DNA of 64,000 nt from Desulfatiglandales bacterium (GTDB lineage: Bacteria > Desulfobacterota > DSM-4660 > Desulfatiglandales > Desulfatiglandaceae): NCBI GenBank assembly GCA_963666345.1, contig OY762721.1, positions 1,472,001 to 1,536,000 of the forward strand, read 5' to 3'. Below the pieces are notes generated by a model. The model had not been told where the DNA came from, ran no database searches, and saw nothing but the letters and a program-made list of their open reading frames with translations. Position numbers and translations under genes: made by a program. Shown piece by piece: positions 10,600 through 20,293 of this stretch; within the stretch, counting starts at the first letter, position 1; every line of letters begins with the position of its first letter.

Positions 10600-13047
10600 A
10601 TGGAAAAATTTATCTGCATACATGGCCATTTCTACCAGCCCCCCCGTGAAAACGCCTGGCTTGAGGCAATAGGATTCCAGGAATCGGCCGCGCCCTATCA
10701 TGACTGGAACGAAAGGGTGAACGCCGAGTCTTATGCCCCGAACGCCCTGTCAAGGATACTGGATGAAAAGGGCCGCATCATCCAAATGGTGAACAATTAT
10801 TCGCAGATAAGCTTCAATTTCGGCCCGACTCTTCTCGCATGGATGGAGAAAAAATCGCCCGAGATATATGAACAGATCCTAAAAGCCGACAGAGAAAGTC
10901 TGGAGAGGTTTTCCGGACACGGTTCTGCAATTGCCCAGGTCTACAACCATCTCATAATGCCGCTTGCAAATAACAGGGATAAAAGGACTCAGGTAATATG
11001 GGGTCTGGAAGACTTCCGTCATCGTTTCAAGAGAATGCCGGAAGGCATGTGGCTTTCCGAGACCGCCGTGGACATGGAAACACTAAATATTCTTTCCGAG
11101 CAGGGCATCCTTTTTACCATACTGTCCCCTCACCAGGCAAAAAGGTTCCGTCCCATAGGCGGAAGTGATTGGATTGATGCGGCAGGTGGCAGGATTGATT
11201 CCACAATGCCCTACAGGGTAAATCTCCCGTCAGGCCGTTTTATTACGGTCTTTTTCTACAACGGTCTCATCTCGAGGGCAGTTGCCTTCGAGGGGCTGCT
11301 GAAGAGCGGAGATACCTTTGCAGGGCGTCTCATGGAAGGTTTCAGCGATGTTCCGGAAAGAGATCAGCTGGTCCATATAGCAACAGACGGCGAAAGCTAC
11401 GGACACCATCATAGATTCGGAGAAATGGCTCTTTCCTACGCCCTCAGCCATATCCGGTCAAACGGACTTGCAAGAATCACCGTCTACGGCGAATATCTTG
11501 AATTCCACCCCCCGACCCACGAGGTTGACATAATCGAGAACACTTCATGGAGCTGCTCCCATGGCATTGAGAGGTGGCGAAGCGATTGCGGCTGCAGCAC
11601 GGGCACTCACCCAGGCTGGAATCAGGCCTGGCGAGACCCCCTGCGAGGCGCCCTGGACAGGTTGAGAGACTCGGTTTCCCTCCTCTACGAAGAAAAGGCC
11701 GGAACACTCCTGACGGACCCCTGGGCTGCCCGGGACGGATATATAGGGGTTATCCTTGAGAGGACGGGTGAAAAGACAGACTCATTCCTTTCCCAAAATT
11801 CCAAAAGAGCCCTCAACGAGGAGGAGCGGCTGTTTGTGCTTAAGGTACTTGAACTCCAGCGTTTTTCCATGTTCATGTATACCAGTTGCGGATGGTTTTT
11901 TGACGATATCGCGGGTATAGAAACGATCCAGATACTTCAATATGCAGGCAGGGTTATAGAAATCACAAGGGATACAACCGGGGTTGATCTTGAAAAGGAC
12001 TTCATGAAGGCCATCACCCCGGCCCTGAGCAATCTTAAAGGAATGGGGAACGGCAGGTCGGTCTATGAAAATGCCCTCGGAAATGCCAACTATAACCTCC
12101 AACGGATCTGCGCCCATTATGCCACAGGGACACTTTTTAATGGTTTTACGGAAAGGGCCCGAATCTACTGCTTCGACGTTACAGGGAGCAACCTGTTCAC
12201 ATCTGATGCGGGAGAGGAAAGGCTTGTGTCGGGAAAGGCGAGGCTCTCGATGGGAAGCGCCCGGGTAAGGTCTTCCCTGACCGGTGAAAATGGTGAATTC
12301 TTCTTTGCCGTCCTCCACCTTGGAGATCATAATCTCTCATGCGGGGTAAAAGAGAAAATAAAGGCCGGTCACGATGAGACATTTCGAATTGAACTTGAGA
12401 ACGCCTTTTACTCCGGCGATATCCCTTCCACGCTTCGATCTATCGACCGGTATTTTGAAGGAGGCCTTTATTCACTCAAAGACCTTTTTCAGGATGACCG
12501 GATGGAGATATTGAACCGGATTCTCTCATCCACCCTGGAAGATACCGAGGCCGTTTATAGAAGGCTTTATAAAAACTATTCGCCGCTTATTCATTTTCTC
12601 AGAGATGCGGGTCTCAAATCCCCCAGGGCACTTTCCACTACAGCTGAATTCGTACTGAACGCCGACCTTCTTGATGCCTTTGGAGAAAGGCCCTTTGACG
12701 GAAGGCGAACAACGGCCCTCCTCGAACAGGCAAAAAGAGGAGGAATTGAGCTAAACAGCGATCTTCTGGAATTTTCCATGAGAAAATGCCTTGAGGCGAT
12801 CTCCCTTGATATCTCATTGAATCCTGAAGACATTCAAGGTCTTGAAAAATTAAATGAGGCCCTCGATCTACTGCCTGAGCTGCCATTTTCCATAAACCTC
12901 TGGACGGTTCAGAACAGAATCTACCGGCTTTTGGAAACAACCTACGGTGAAAAAAGGAATAAAGAGGAAAATGGGAGTTCGGAGGTCTCCCGCTGGACAA
13001 CCCTTTTCAGAGAAATAGGCGAAAAACTTTCAATCTTCATACAATAG
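10600..13047 (+). CDS. GH57-family glycoside hydrolase with C-terminal DUF3536
   Basis: HGHFYQPPRE, YNHLIMPL, GMWLSETAV, ATDGESYGHH, SWSCSHGIERW, MYTSCGWFFDD. Confidence 0.88.
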   Translation: MEKFICIHGHFYQPPRENAWLEAIGFQESAAPYHDWNERVNAESYAPNALSRILDEKGRIIQMVNNYSQISFNFGPTLLAWMEKKSPEIYEQILKADRESLERFSGHGSAIAQVYNHLIMPLANNRDKRTQVIWGLEDFRHRFKRMPEGMWLSETAVDMETLNILSEQGILFTILSPHQAKRFRPIGGSDWIDAAGGRIDSTMPYRVNLPSGRFITVFFYNGLISRAVAFEGLLKSGDTFAGRLMEGFSDVPERDQLVHIATDGESYGHHHRFGEMALSYALSHIRSNGLARITVYGEYLEFHPPTHEVDIIENTSWSCSHGIERWRSDCGCSTGTHPGWNQAWRDPLRGALDRLRDSVSLLYEEKAGTLLTDPWAARDGYIGVILERTGEKTDSFLSQNSKRALNEEERLFVLKVLELQRFSMFMYTSCGWFFDDIAGIETIQILQYAGRVIEITRDTTGVDLEKDFMKAITPALSNLKGMGNGRSVYENALGNANYNLQRICAHYATGTLFNGFTERARIYCFDVTGSNLFTSDAGEERLVSGKARLSMGSARVRSSLTGENGEFFFAVLHLGDHNLSCGVKEKIKAGHDETFRIELENAFYSGDIPSTLRSIDRYFEGGLYSLKDLFQDDRMEILNRILSSTLEDTEAVYRRLYKNYSPLIHFLRDAGLKSPRALSTTAEFVLNADLLDAFGERPFDGRRTTALLEQAKRGGIELNSDLLEFSMRKCLEAISLDISLNPEDIQGLEKLNEALDLLPELPFSINLWTVQNRIYRLLETTYGEKRNKEENGSSEVSRWTTLFREIGEKLSIFIQ

Positions 13048-13085
13048 TAATTGTCCTGATAAACCGATTATTCCGGAGGGTCATC

Positions 13086-14150
13086 ATGTTGGGAATAAAG
13101 AAAAGTTCGCATAAGGCGGGGCTTCCCCCGGGGACACTCATTCATATAGGTGAAAGGAAGACGGAAAGAGCAACAATAAGCCGTATTATATACAGCGAGA
13201 AAGATTATGAAGAAAAAATCGATATCTCTATCGAAGAGGCGGTTGACAATACCGACCCGAACAGCATTACCTGGATAAATGTTGAGGGCATACATGACAC
13301 CGATATAATTTCAAGGCTGGGAGCGCACTTTAAACTGCATCCCCTTCTGCTTGAGGACATAGTCAACACGTCGCAGCGCCCGAAGCTTGAAGACTTCGAT
13401 GAGGAATACATCTTTTTTGTTTCAAAGATGCTGACCTATGAAGAGGATCAGGGAAGAATAAGTATCGAACAGCTGAGCATGGTAATTGGAAAGGATTTTG
13501 TCCTCTCCTTTCAGGAGGCACCCGGGGATGTATTCGACCAGCTGAGGGAAAGGATCAGAAGCTCAAAGGGCAAAATCAGGAAGATGGGCACGGACTACCT
13601 GGCCTACGCCATGATCGATGCCATAGTGGACAACTATTTCATTATTCTTGAAAAAAACGGTGAAAGGCTGGAAGACCTTCAGGAGGAAGTGCTCGGTGCG
13701 CCCACGCCTGAGATACTGAATTCCATACAGCAGATGAAAAGGGACATGATCCGGTTCAGAAGATCCGTATGGCCTCTCAGAGAGGCCATAAGCGCAATGG
13801 AAAGGGGCGAAAACGCCCTTATCACAAAGGGGGTGGAATTCTACCTGAGAGACCTCTACGATCATACCATACAGGTCTTGGAGACGGTGGAAACCTTCCG
13901 GGATATGATCTCGGGGATACTGGACCTCTATCTCTCAAGCATAAGCAACCGTATGAACCAGGTGATGAAGGTCCTTACCATAATCGCCACCATATTCATA
14001 CCCCTGACATTTATCGCCGGAATATACGGCATGAATTTTGAGGCCATGCCTGAACTCAAATGGAGATATGGTTATCTTGCAGTATGGGTGGTGATGATTT
14101 TTATCGGAATAGTCATGTTGATAGGTTTCAAAAAGAGAAAATGGCTTTAA
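13086..14150 (+). CDS. corA: magnesium/cobalt transporter CorA
   Basis: GLPPGTL, HPLLLEDI, QRPK, YGMNF and MPEL signature, two C-terminal TM helices. Confidence 0.95.
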   Translation: MLGIKKSSHKAGLPPGTLIHIGERKTERATISRIIYSEKDYEEKIDISIEEAVDNTDPNSITWINVEGIHDTDIISRLGAHFKLHPLLLEDIVNTSQRPKLEDFDEEYIFFVSKMLTYEEDQGRISIEQLSMVIGKDFVLSFQEAPGDVFDQLRERIRSSKGKIRKMGTDYLAYAMIDAIVDNYFIILEKNGERLEDLQEEVLGAPTPEILNSIQQMKRDMIRFRRSVWPLREAISAMERGENALITKGVEFYLRDLYDHTIQVLETVETFRDMISGILDLYLSSISNRMNQVMKVLTIIATIFIPLTFIAGIYGMNFEAMPELKWRYGYLAVWVVMIFIGIVMLIGFKKRKWL

Positions 14151-14185
14151 CGTAATACGACAACATTTTCAGGAGCTTTGAAGGA

Positions 14186-15457
14186 ATGAAAAAGACGCTT
14201 GCCATGATAATGGCGGGGGGCAAGGGGGAACGCCTCATGCCTCTTACAAAAGACAGATCCAAGCCTGCAATACCATTTGGGGGGATCTATCTGCTTATAG
14301 ATCTTGCCCTTTCAAACTGCATCAACTCGGAAATCTATAAAATCATTGTGCTGCCCCAGTACAAGTCGCAGACCCTCATGCAGCACCTTGAGGCCGGGTG
14401 GCATATATTCAGCCCTGATCTCGGGCACTTCCTTAAGATAGCCCCTCCCCAGATGATGGCCGGTGAAAAATGGTATCAGGGAACAGCTGATTCCATTCGT
14501 CAGAACAATTACATGATTGAACAGATTGCCCCTGAAAACGTGCTTGTCCTTTCAGGTGACCATGTCTACAAAATGGATTTTTCCCTCTTCAAGGACTATC
14601 ATGAGGCGAACAAGGCGGATGTGACAATCGCCGTAATTGAGATGCCCAGGGAAACAGCATCTCAGTATGGGATAGTTGAGGTGGACGAAAAATATCAGAT
14701 CAAAGGCTTTCAGGAAAAACCTGAAAGGCCCAGCACCATACCTGGCGACGCCGGACAGATACTTGTCTCCATGGGCATCTACCTCTTTAAGACGGAAGTC
14801 CTGATGGACCTCCTTGAAAAAGACGATCGGGCCGATTTCGGCAAACATATCCTTCCTCATATCCTCAAGACTCATCGTGTCATGGCCTATCCATATAAAA
14901 GAGAAAACAAGATCAAGGAGATACTCCTTGAAATATCAGAGGATGGGGAGCTGAGGGAAAGAATAGGCATTACAAAGGACTCGTCTTACTGGCGGGATGT
15001 AGGCACGCTCGACTCCTACTGGAACGCCAATATGGATCTGACAGGTGTGGACCCGTTCTTCAACATGTACGGCAGATTCTGGCCTGTACGCACCTTTCAA
15101 AAGCAGTACCCGCCTGTCAAGACGGTCTTTGCCCAGCAGGATAAACCCGGCCAAAGGGCCGGCATGGCGCTTGACTCACTCGTAGCTCACGGATCCATAA
15201 TAAGCGGTGCCGTCCTGCGCAACAGTGTCCTCTCATACAACGTTTTTGTCAAAAGCTGGGCAAGAGTGGAAGAATCCGTGATATTGGAGGATGTGATTAT
15301 AGCCCGAAACGCCCGCATAAAGAAGGCAATCATTGCTCAAGGCGTTCACATCCCTCCTGATACGGAAATCGGCTTCAGCCCGGCAAAGGACAAAAAGAGA
15401 TTTACCGTCACTCCAAGGGGCATCACTGTTGTAACAAAGGACGATTTTCCCTCATAA
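14186..15457 (+). CDS. glgC: glucose-1-phosphate adenylyltransferase
   Basis: MAGGKGERLMPLT..RSKPA.PFGG, WYQGTAD, LSGDHVYKMD, FQEKP, SMGIY, YWRDVGT, left-handed beta-helix tail. Confidence 0.96.
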   Translation: MKKTLAMIMAGGKGERLMPLTKDRSKPAIPFGGIYLLIDLALSNCINSEIYKIIVLPQYKSQTLMQHLEAGWHIFSPDLGHFLKIAPPQMMAGEKWYQGTADSIRQNNYMIEQIAPENVLVLSGDHVYKMDFSLFKDYHEANKADVTIAVIEMPRETASQYGIVEVDEKYQIKGFQEKPERPSTIPGDAGQILVSMGIYLFKTEVLMDLLEKDDRADFGKHILPHILKTHRVMAYPYKRENKIKEILLEISEDGELRERIGITKDSSYWRDVGTLDSYWNANMDLTGVDPFFNMYGRFWPVRTFQKQYPPVKTVFAQQDKPGQRAGMALDSLVAHGSIISGAVLRNSVLSYNVFVKSWARVEESVILEDVIIARNARIKKAIIAQGVHIPPDTEIGFSPAKDKKRFTVTPRGITVVTKDDFPS

Positions 15458-15491
15458 CTGGATACCAACCATAAAATAACAGGAATTTACC

Positions 15492-18044
15492 ATGAAAGCA
15501 AAAGTCAGATACAGGGTGGTGCCTAATCTTCCTCCCGAACTCGAGCCGCTCAGGATACTTGCCTATAACGTCAGTTTCAGCTGGAAAAACGAAATAAGGG
15601 ATCTTTTCAGGAGAATCGATCCACGGCTCTGGAATGAATCACGAAGAAACCCCGTTCAGATGCTCGGGATGATGAAGCAGGAGCGGCTTGACGAACTTGC
15701 ATCGGACCAGGGATTTTTATCACAGTTGAACTGGGTCAAAGAAGACTTTGACCGTTATATTTCCCAGCCCCGTATAGAACATGGCGCATATTCGGATGAG
15801 GCACCTCTTAAAGTCGCCTATTTTTCGGCCGAGTTCGGGCTTACCGAATGCCTTCACATATACTCGGGTGGTCTCGGCGTCCTTTCGGGTGATCATTTAA
15901 AGTCATCCAGTGACCTTAACATACCTCTCGTAGCCGTTGGGTTGTTATACCAGGAAGGCTATTTCAGCCAGTATTTGAGTTCAGATGGATGGCAGATGGA
16001 AACCTATCCCGTGAATGACTTTGACAGCCTTCCGCTAAAACTTCTGAGAGATAAAGAGGGAAAGGCCCTTTCGATTTCCGTCGATTTCAAAGGAACCGCC
16101 GTACATGCCATTATCTGGCGAATCGACGTAGGCAGGGTACCCCTCTACATGCTCGATACCAATATAGAATCCAATCCGCCCGAATTCAGAGGCACCACAG
16201 GCCAACTCTACGGCGGAGACAGAGAGATGAGGCTGAGGCAGGAGATCGTTCTCGGAATAGGAGGAGTCAGGGCACTCAAGGCCCTTGGCATCGAACCGAC
16301 CGTTATCCACATGAACGAGGGACATTCCGCCTTTTCCGCGCTTGAAAGGATAAGCATGCTGAGAAAAGAAAAAGGGCTTTCCTTTGACGAGGCCAGAGAA
16401 GTCGTCATGGCCAGCACCGCGTTTACCACCCACACACCGGTACCTGCCGGAAACGATGTCTTCGACCCCGATCTCGTAAGAAGCTATTTTGAAAATTATT
16501 CAAAGGAACTTGGTATAAATTTCAAGGTATTTCTCGGCTACGGCAGGCTGAACCCCAGGGACGAGTCGGAGCCTTTCGGCATGACCACCCTTGCGCTCAG
16601 GCTTTCATCGCATACAAACGCCGTGAGCAGACTTCATGGAAAGGTATCACGCAACATGTGGCAGGGGGTCTGGCACCAGCACCCTGTTGAAGACATACCC
16701 ATTGATCATATAACCAACGGCGTTCATGTGCCCACGTGGATCTCCAATGACATGACCGTTCTCCTTAACCGCTATCTGGGGCTTAACTGGGCGGAAGATC
16801 CTGACAATGAAAGGCTGTGGGAACAGGTGGAACAGATTCCGAATACTGAACTATGGCGTACCCATGAAAGGTGCAGGGAGTATCTCGTAGGATTCGCAAG
16901 GCGCCGGCTCGCCGAACAGCTCAAACGGCGCGGGGCATCGACCGGGGAAATTCAGTCTGCAACCGAAGTCCTTAACCCGGACGCACTGACCATAGGGTTT
17001 GCACGCAGATTCGCCACCTACAAAAGGGCTACTCTGCTTCTCAGCAACCCGGACCGGCTTGACAGGATACTCAACAATCCCGACAGACCTGTTCAGATTA
17101 TATTCGCGGGAAAGGCCCACCCGCAGGATAATGAAGGCAAGGTATTCATAAAACAGATAATTCATCTTGCCCGGGAGGAACGCTTTCGTAAAAATATCGT
17201 CTTTATAGAAGACTACAACTTGGATATCGGGAAACGGCTCGTATCGGGCAGCGATATCTGGCTCAACACACCCAGGAGGCCTCTGGAGGCCTGTGGAACA
17301 AGCGGCATGAAGGCCCTTGCCAACGGATCTTTGAACTTAAGTGTACTTGACGGATGGTGGGATGAGGCCTTTGCCAGTGAATACGGCTGGGCCCTGGGGC
17401 ACGGAGAGGTCTATCAGAATCAAAAAATTCAGGATGAGATCGAAAGCAGGGACCTTTACACCCTGCTCGAAAACGAGGTAGTCCCGCTTTTCTATCAAAG
17501 AGGAAGCGACAGGATTCCGAGACTATGGATCGATAAAATGAAGGCCGGTCTTCGTGGTCTCGTTCCGATCTTTAATTCCCATCGTATGGTTCAGGAATAT
17601 ACCTCGCGATTTTACGGCCCATGCTCTAAACGTTACGAAAACCTCTGCGGAAAAGACTTCGAGGGCGCGAAACGCCTCGCTAAGTGGCGAAGCAGACTGA
17701 TGACTTCCTGGAACGAACTGTCGGTCGATAAAATCAGTGTAATCGAGGGTCGTGAACTAAAAGTCGGGCAGAAAATAGCCATAGAATCACGCATAAGACT
17801 GGGGAGCCTTACTCCTGATGATGTAACCGTTGAGGCATATTTCGGGAGGCTGGATGAAAATCATGAATTCGCCGAAAGGGAAACCTCACCTCTCTGGTTC
17901 GTGTCCGTAGAAAACGGCGTTTCCATATTCAGCGGACTTGTCCCCTGCGATAAAACAGGTCGATTCGGCTATACCGTCAGGGTTACCCCCAGCAGAGAAT
18001 GGCTGGAGGGCCGCTTTGGTATGGGGCTGGTTGTCTGGGCATAA
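15492..18044 (+). CDS. glgP: alpha-glucan (glycogen) phosphorylase
   Basis: AYFSAEFG, YSGGLGVLSGDHLKS, HMNEGH, FARRFATYKR, EACGTSGMKA PLP motif. Confidence 0.96.
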   Translation: MKAKVRYRVVPNLPPELEPLRILAYNVSFSWKNEIRDLFRRIDPRLWNESRRNPVQMLGMMKQERLDELASDQGFLSQLNWVKEDFDRYISQPRIEHGAYSDEAPLKVAYFSAEFGLTECLHIYSGGLGVLSGDHLKSSSDLNIPLVAVGLLYQEGYFSQYLSSDGWQMETYPVNDFDSLPLKLLRDKEGKALSISVDFKGTAVHAIIWRIDVGRVPLYMLDTNIESNPPEFRGTTGQLYGGDREMRLRQEIVLGIGGVRALKALGIEPTVIHMNEGHSAFSALERISMLRKEKGLSFDEAREVVMASTAFTTHTPVPAGNDVFDPDLVRSYFENYSKELGINFKVFLGYGRLNPRDESEPFGMTTLALRLSSHTNAVSRLHGKVSRNMWQGVWHQHPVEDIPIDHITNGVHVPTWISNDMTVLLNRYLGLNWAEDPDNERLWEQVEQIPNTELWRTHERCREYLVGFARRRLAEQLKRRGASTGEIQSATEVLNPDALTIGFARRFATYKRATLLLSNPDRLDRILNNPDRPVQIIFAGKAHPQDNEGKVFIKQIIHLAREERFRKNIVFIEDYNLDIGKRLVSGSDIWLNTPRRPLEACGTSGMKALANGSLNLSVLDGWWDEAFASEYGWALGHGEVYQNQKIQDEIESRDLYTLLENEVVPLFYQRGSDRIPRLWIDKMKAGLRGLVPIFNSHRMVQEYTSRFYGPCSKRYENLCGKDFEGAKRLAKWRSRLMTSWNELSVDKISVIEGRELKVGQKIAIESRIRLGSLTPDDVTVEAYFGRLDENHEFAERETSPLWFVSVENGVSIFSGLVPCDKTGRFGYTVRVTPSREWLEGRFGMGLVVWA

Positions 18045-18054
18045 GGGGCTTTAA

Positions 18055-20271
18055 ATGAAAACTGTTCCAACATTAAACAAGGAAGAAATCTCCCGGCTGG
18101 TCTCAGGAGAACTCGACCCCTTTAAATTCCTGGGTGCACATCATCTGGAAAAGTCCAATTCCCTTGTTGCTGTAAGGGCATTTATTCCCGGGGCAAGGAG
18201 CGTCAACATACTCGATCTTACCCCTGTGGATGAACTGCCGGCATCTCTTATAGACAAGGCAGGCCTTTTTGAGGCCCTTATACCGGATCACACGGAACTG
18301 CGGCCATACCGTCTCAAGGTCGACTTCGGGGCAGGCGGATTTTCCACCTTTTACGACTGTTACTCCTTCCTCCCGGTCATACCTGAACAGGACCTTTATC
18401 TGTTCGGCCAAGGTAACTGCTTAAGGATTTACGACCGTTTGGGTGCCCATCCCATAATGCATCAGGGCGTCAAAGGAGTGCTTTTTTCCCTCTGGGCGCC
18501 TTCGGCAAAAAGGGTGAGCCTGATAGGTGACTTTAACCAGTGGGACGGTCGCAGGCACCGGATGAGAATCAGGGGACAATCCGGAATATGGGAATTGTTC
18601 GTGCCTCATCTCAAGCCCGGCTTGATTTATAAATACGAGATACTGACTCCCGGTAAAGAAATCCTTTTCAAGGCGGATCCCTTTGCCTTCGGATTCGAAC
18701 AAAGGCCTAAAACGGCATCAGTTGTGGAGGATCTAGAGGGATTCAAATGGACGGACGAGAAATGGATGGAAGGCAGATCAAAAAAAGATCACCTGGCCTC
18801 ACCGATGTCGGTATATGAGGTTCATCTCGGGTCATGGCGGAGAAAAGAGCAGGAGGGTGACAGGTGGCTCACCTACGGAGAGGATGCTGATGAATTGATC
18901 CCATATGTAAAGGATATGGGTTTCAACTATATCGAACTCCTCCCGATAGCCGAACATCCATTTGACGGCTCGTGGGGGTACCAGGTGACCGGATATTATG
19001 CCGCCACCTCCCGCTTCGGCGCGCCTGAAGATTTGATGGCATTCATCGACCGATGCCATAACGAAGAAATAGGAGTGATTCTGGACTGGGTGCCTGCACA
19101 TTTCCCCAGGGACCCTCACGGCCTCGAGTATTTTGACGGGACACACCTGTTTGAGCACTCTGATCCCCGTCAGGGAGCGCACAGGGACTGGGACACCCTC
19201 ATATTCAATTACGGGAGAAACGAAGTTCGAAACTTTCTGGTGGCAAACGCCCTTTTCTGGCTTGAAAAATATCACATAGATGGATTGAGGGTAGACGCGG
19301 TTGCCTCCATGCTCTATCTCGACTACAGCAGGGAGAAGGGAGACTGGGTTCCCAACCGGTACGGGGGCAGGGAAAATCTGGAGGCGATAGAGTTTTTGAA
19401 GAATTTGAATACCAGGATTTTCGAGCAATTTCCCGGTGCCATAACAATAGCCGAGGAGTCCACCGCGTGGCCGGCGGTAACCGCTCCGGTGCATCTGGGC
19501 GGACTCGGGTTTCTGTTCAAATGGAATATGGGCTGGATGCACGACATGCTCTCATTCATGAGGCAGGACCCTGTCCACCGTCGTTATCAGATGGACAAAC
19601 TGACATTTTCACTTCTTTATGCCTTCAGCGAAAATTTCATGCTCCCCCTTTCACACGATGAGGTAGTCCACGGCAAGGCCTCACTTCTTTCCAAGATGCC
19701 GGGGGACGAATGGCAAAAATTTGCAAACCTCCGTCTTCTTCTGGGCTATATGTACGGCGAGCCCGGGAAGAAAACACTGTTCATGGGAGCCGAGATCGGC
19801 CAGTGGTCCGAATGGAACCATGACGCACAGATCGAGTGGGGTCTTCTCCAGTTCGAGCCACACAGGGCAGTCAAAAAGTATGTGGGAGATCTGAACAGGT
19901 GCTACATGAGTGAACCGGCCTTGTTTGAAAAGGATTTCGACGCGGGAGGGTTCGAGTGGATTGATTTCAGAGATACCGATTCAACGGTGGTCTCATTTAT
20001 CAGAAAAGGCGACAGAGAGGATGATTTTCTGGCTTTTGTCTTTAACTTCACCCCTGTCCCAAGAGAAAATTACGTTATCGGGGTGCCCGAGATGGCCTTT
20101 TACAGGGAAATCATGAACTCCGACGCTACTTGTTACGGCGGTTCAGGGAGCGGGAACTGGGGAGGAATCATGGCGGATAAGATCCCTTCACACGGCAGGC
20201 AATATTCTATTTCCTTGACCCTACCTCCCCTGGGGATGCTGATACTCAAACCTGTTTCCGCGCAAGGATAA
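18055..20271 (+). CDS. glgB: 1,4-alpha-glucan branching enzyme (GH13)
   Basis: YEVHLGSW, SWGYQ, DWVPAHF, DGLRVDAVASMLY, AEEST, KWNMGWMHD, LSHDEVVHGK. Confidence 0.97.
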   Translation: MKTVPTLNKEEISRLVSGELDPFKFLGAHHLEKSNSLVAVRAFIPGARSVNILDLTPVDELPASLIDKAGLFEALIPDHTELRPYRLKVDFGAGGFSTFYDCYSFLPVIPEQDLYLFGQGNCLRIYDRLGAHPIMHQGVKGVLFSLWAPSAKRVSLIGDFNQWDGRRHRMRIRGQSGIWELFVPHLKPGLIYKYEILTPGKEILFKADPFAFGFEQRPKTASVVEDLEGFKWTDEKWMEGRSKKDHLASPMSVYEVHLGSWRRKEQEGDRWLTYGEDADELIPYVKDMGFNYIELLPIAEHPFDGSWGYQVTGYYAATSRFGAPEDLMAFIDRCHNEEIGVILDWVPAHFPRDPHGLEYFDGTHLFEHSDPRQGAHRDWDTLIFNYGRNEVRNFLVANALFWLEKYHIDGLRVDAVASMLYLDYSREKGDWVPNRYGGRENLEAIEFLKNLNTRIFEQFPGAITIAEESTAWPAVTAPVHLGGLGFLFKWNMGWMHDMLSFMRQDPVHRRYQMDKLTFSLLYAFSENFMLPLSHDEVVHGKASLLSKMPGDEWQKFANLRLLLGYMYGEPGKKTLFMGAEIGQWSEWNHDAQIEWGLLQFEPHRAVKKYVGDLNRCYMSEPALFEKDFDAGGFEWIDFRDTDSTVVSFIRKGDREDDFLAFVFNFTPVPRENYVIGVPEMAFYREIMNSDATCYGGSGSGNWGGIMADKIPSHGRQYSISLTLPPLGMLILKPVSAQG

Positions 20272-20293
20272 AAGGGCGCCTTCCTTTACAGCC

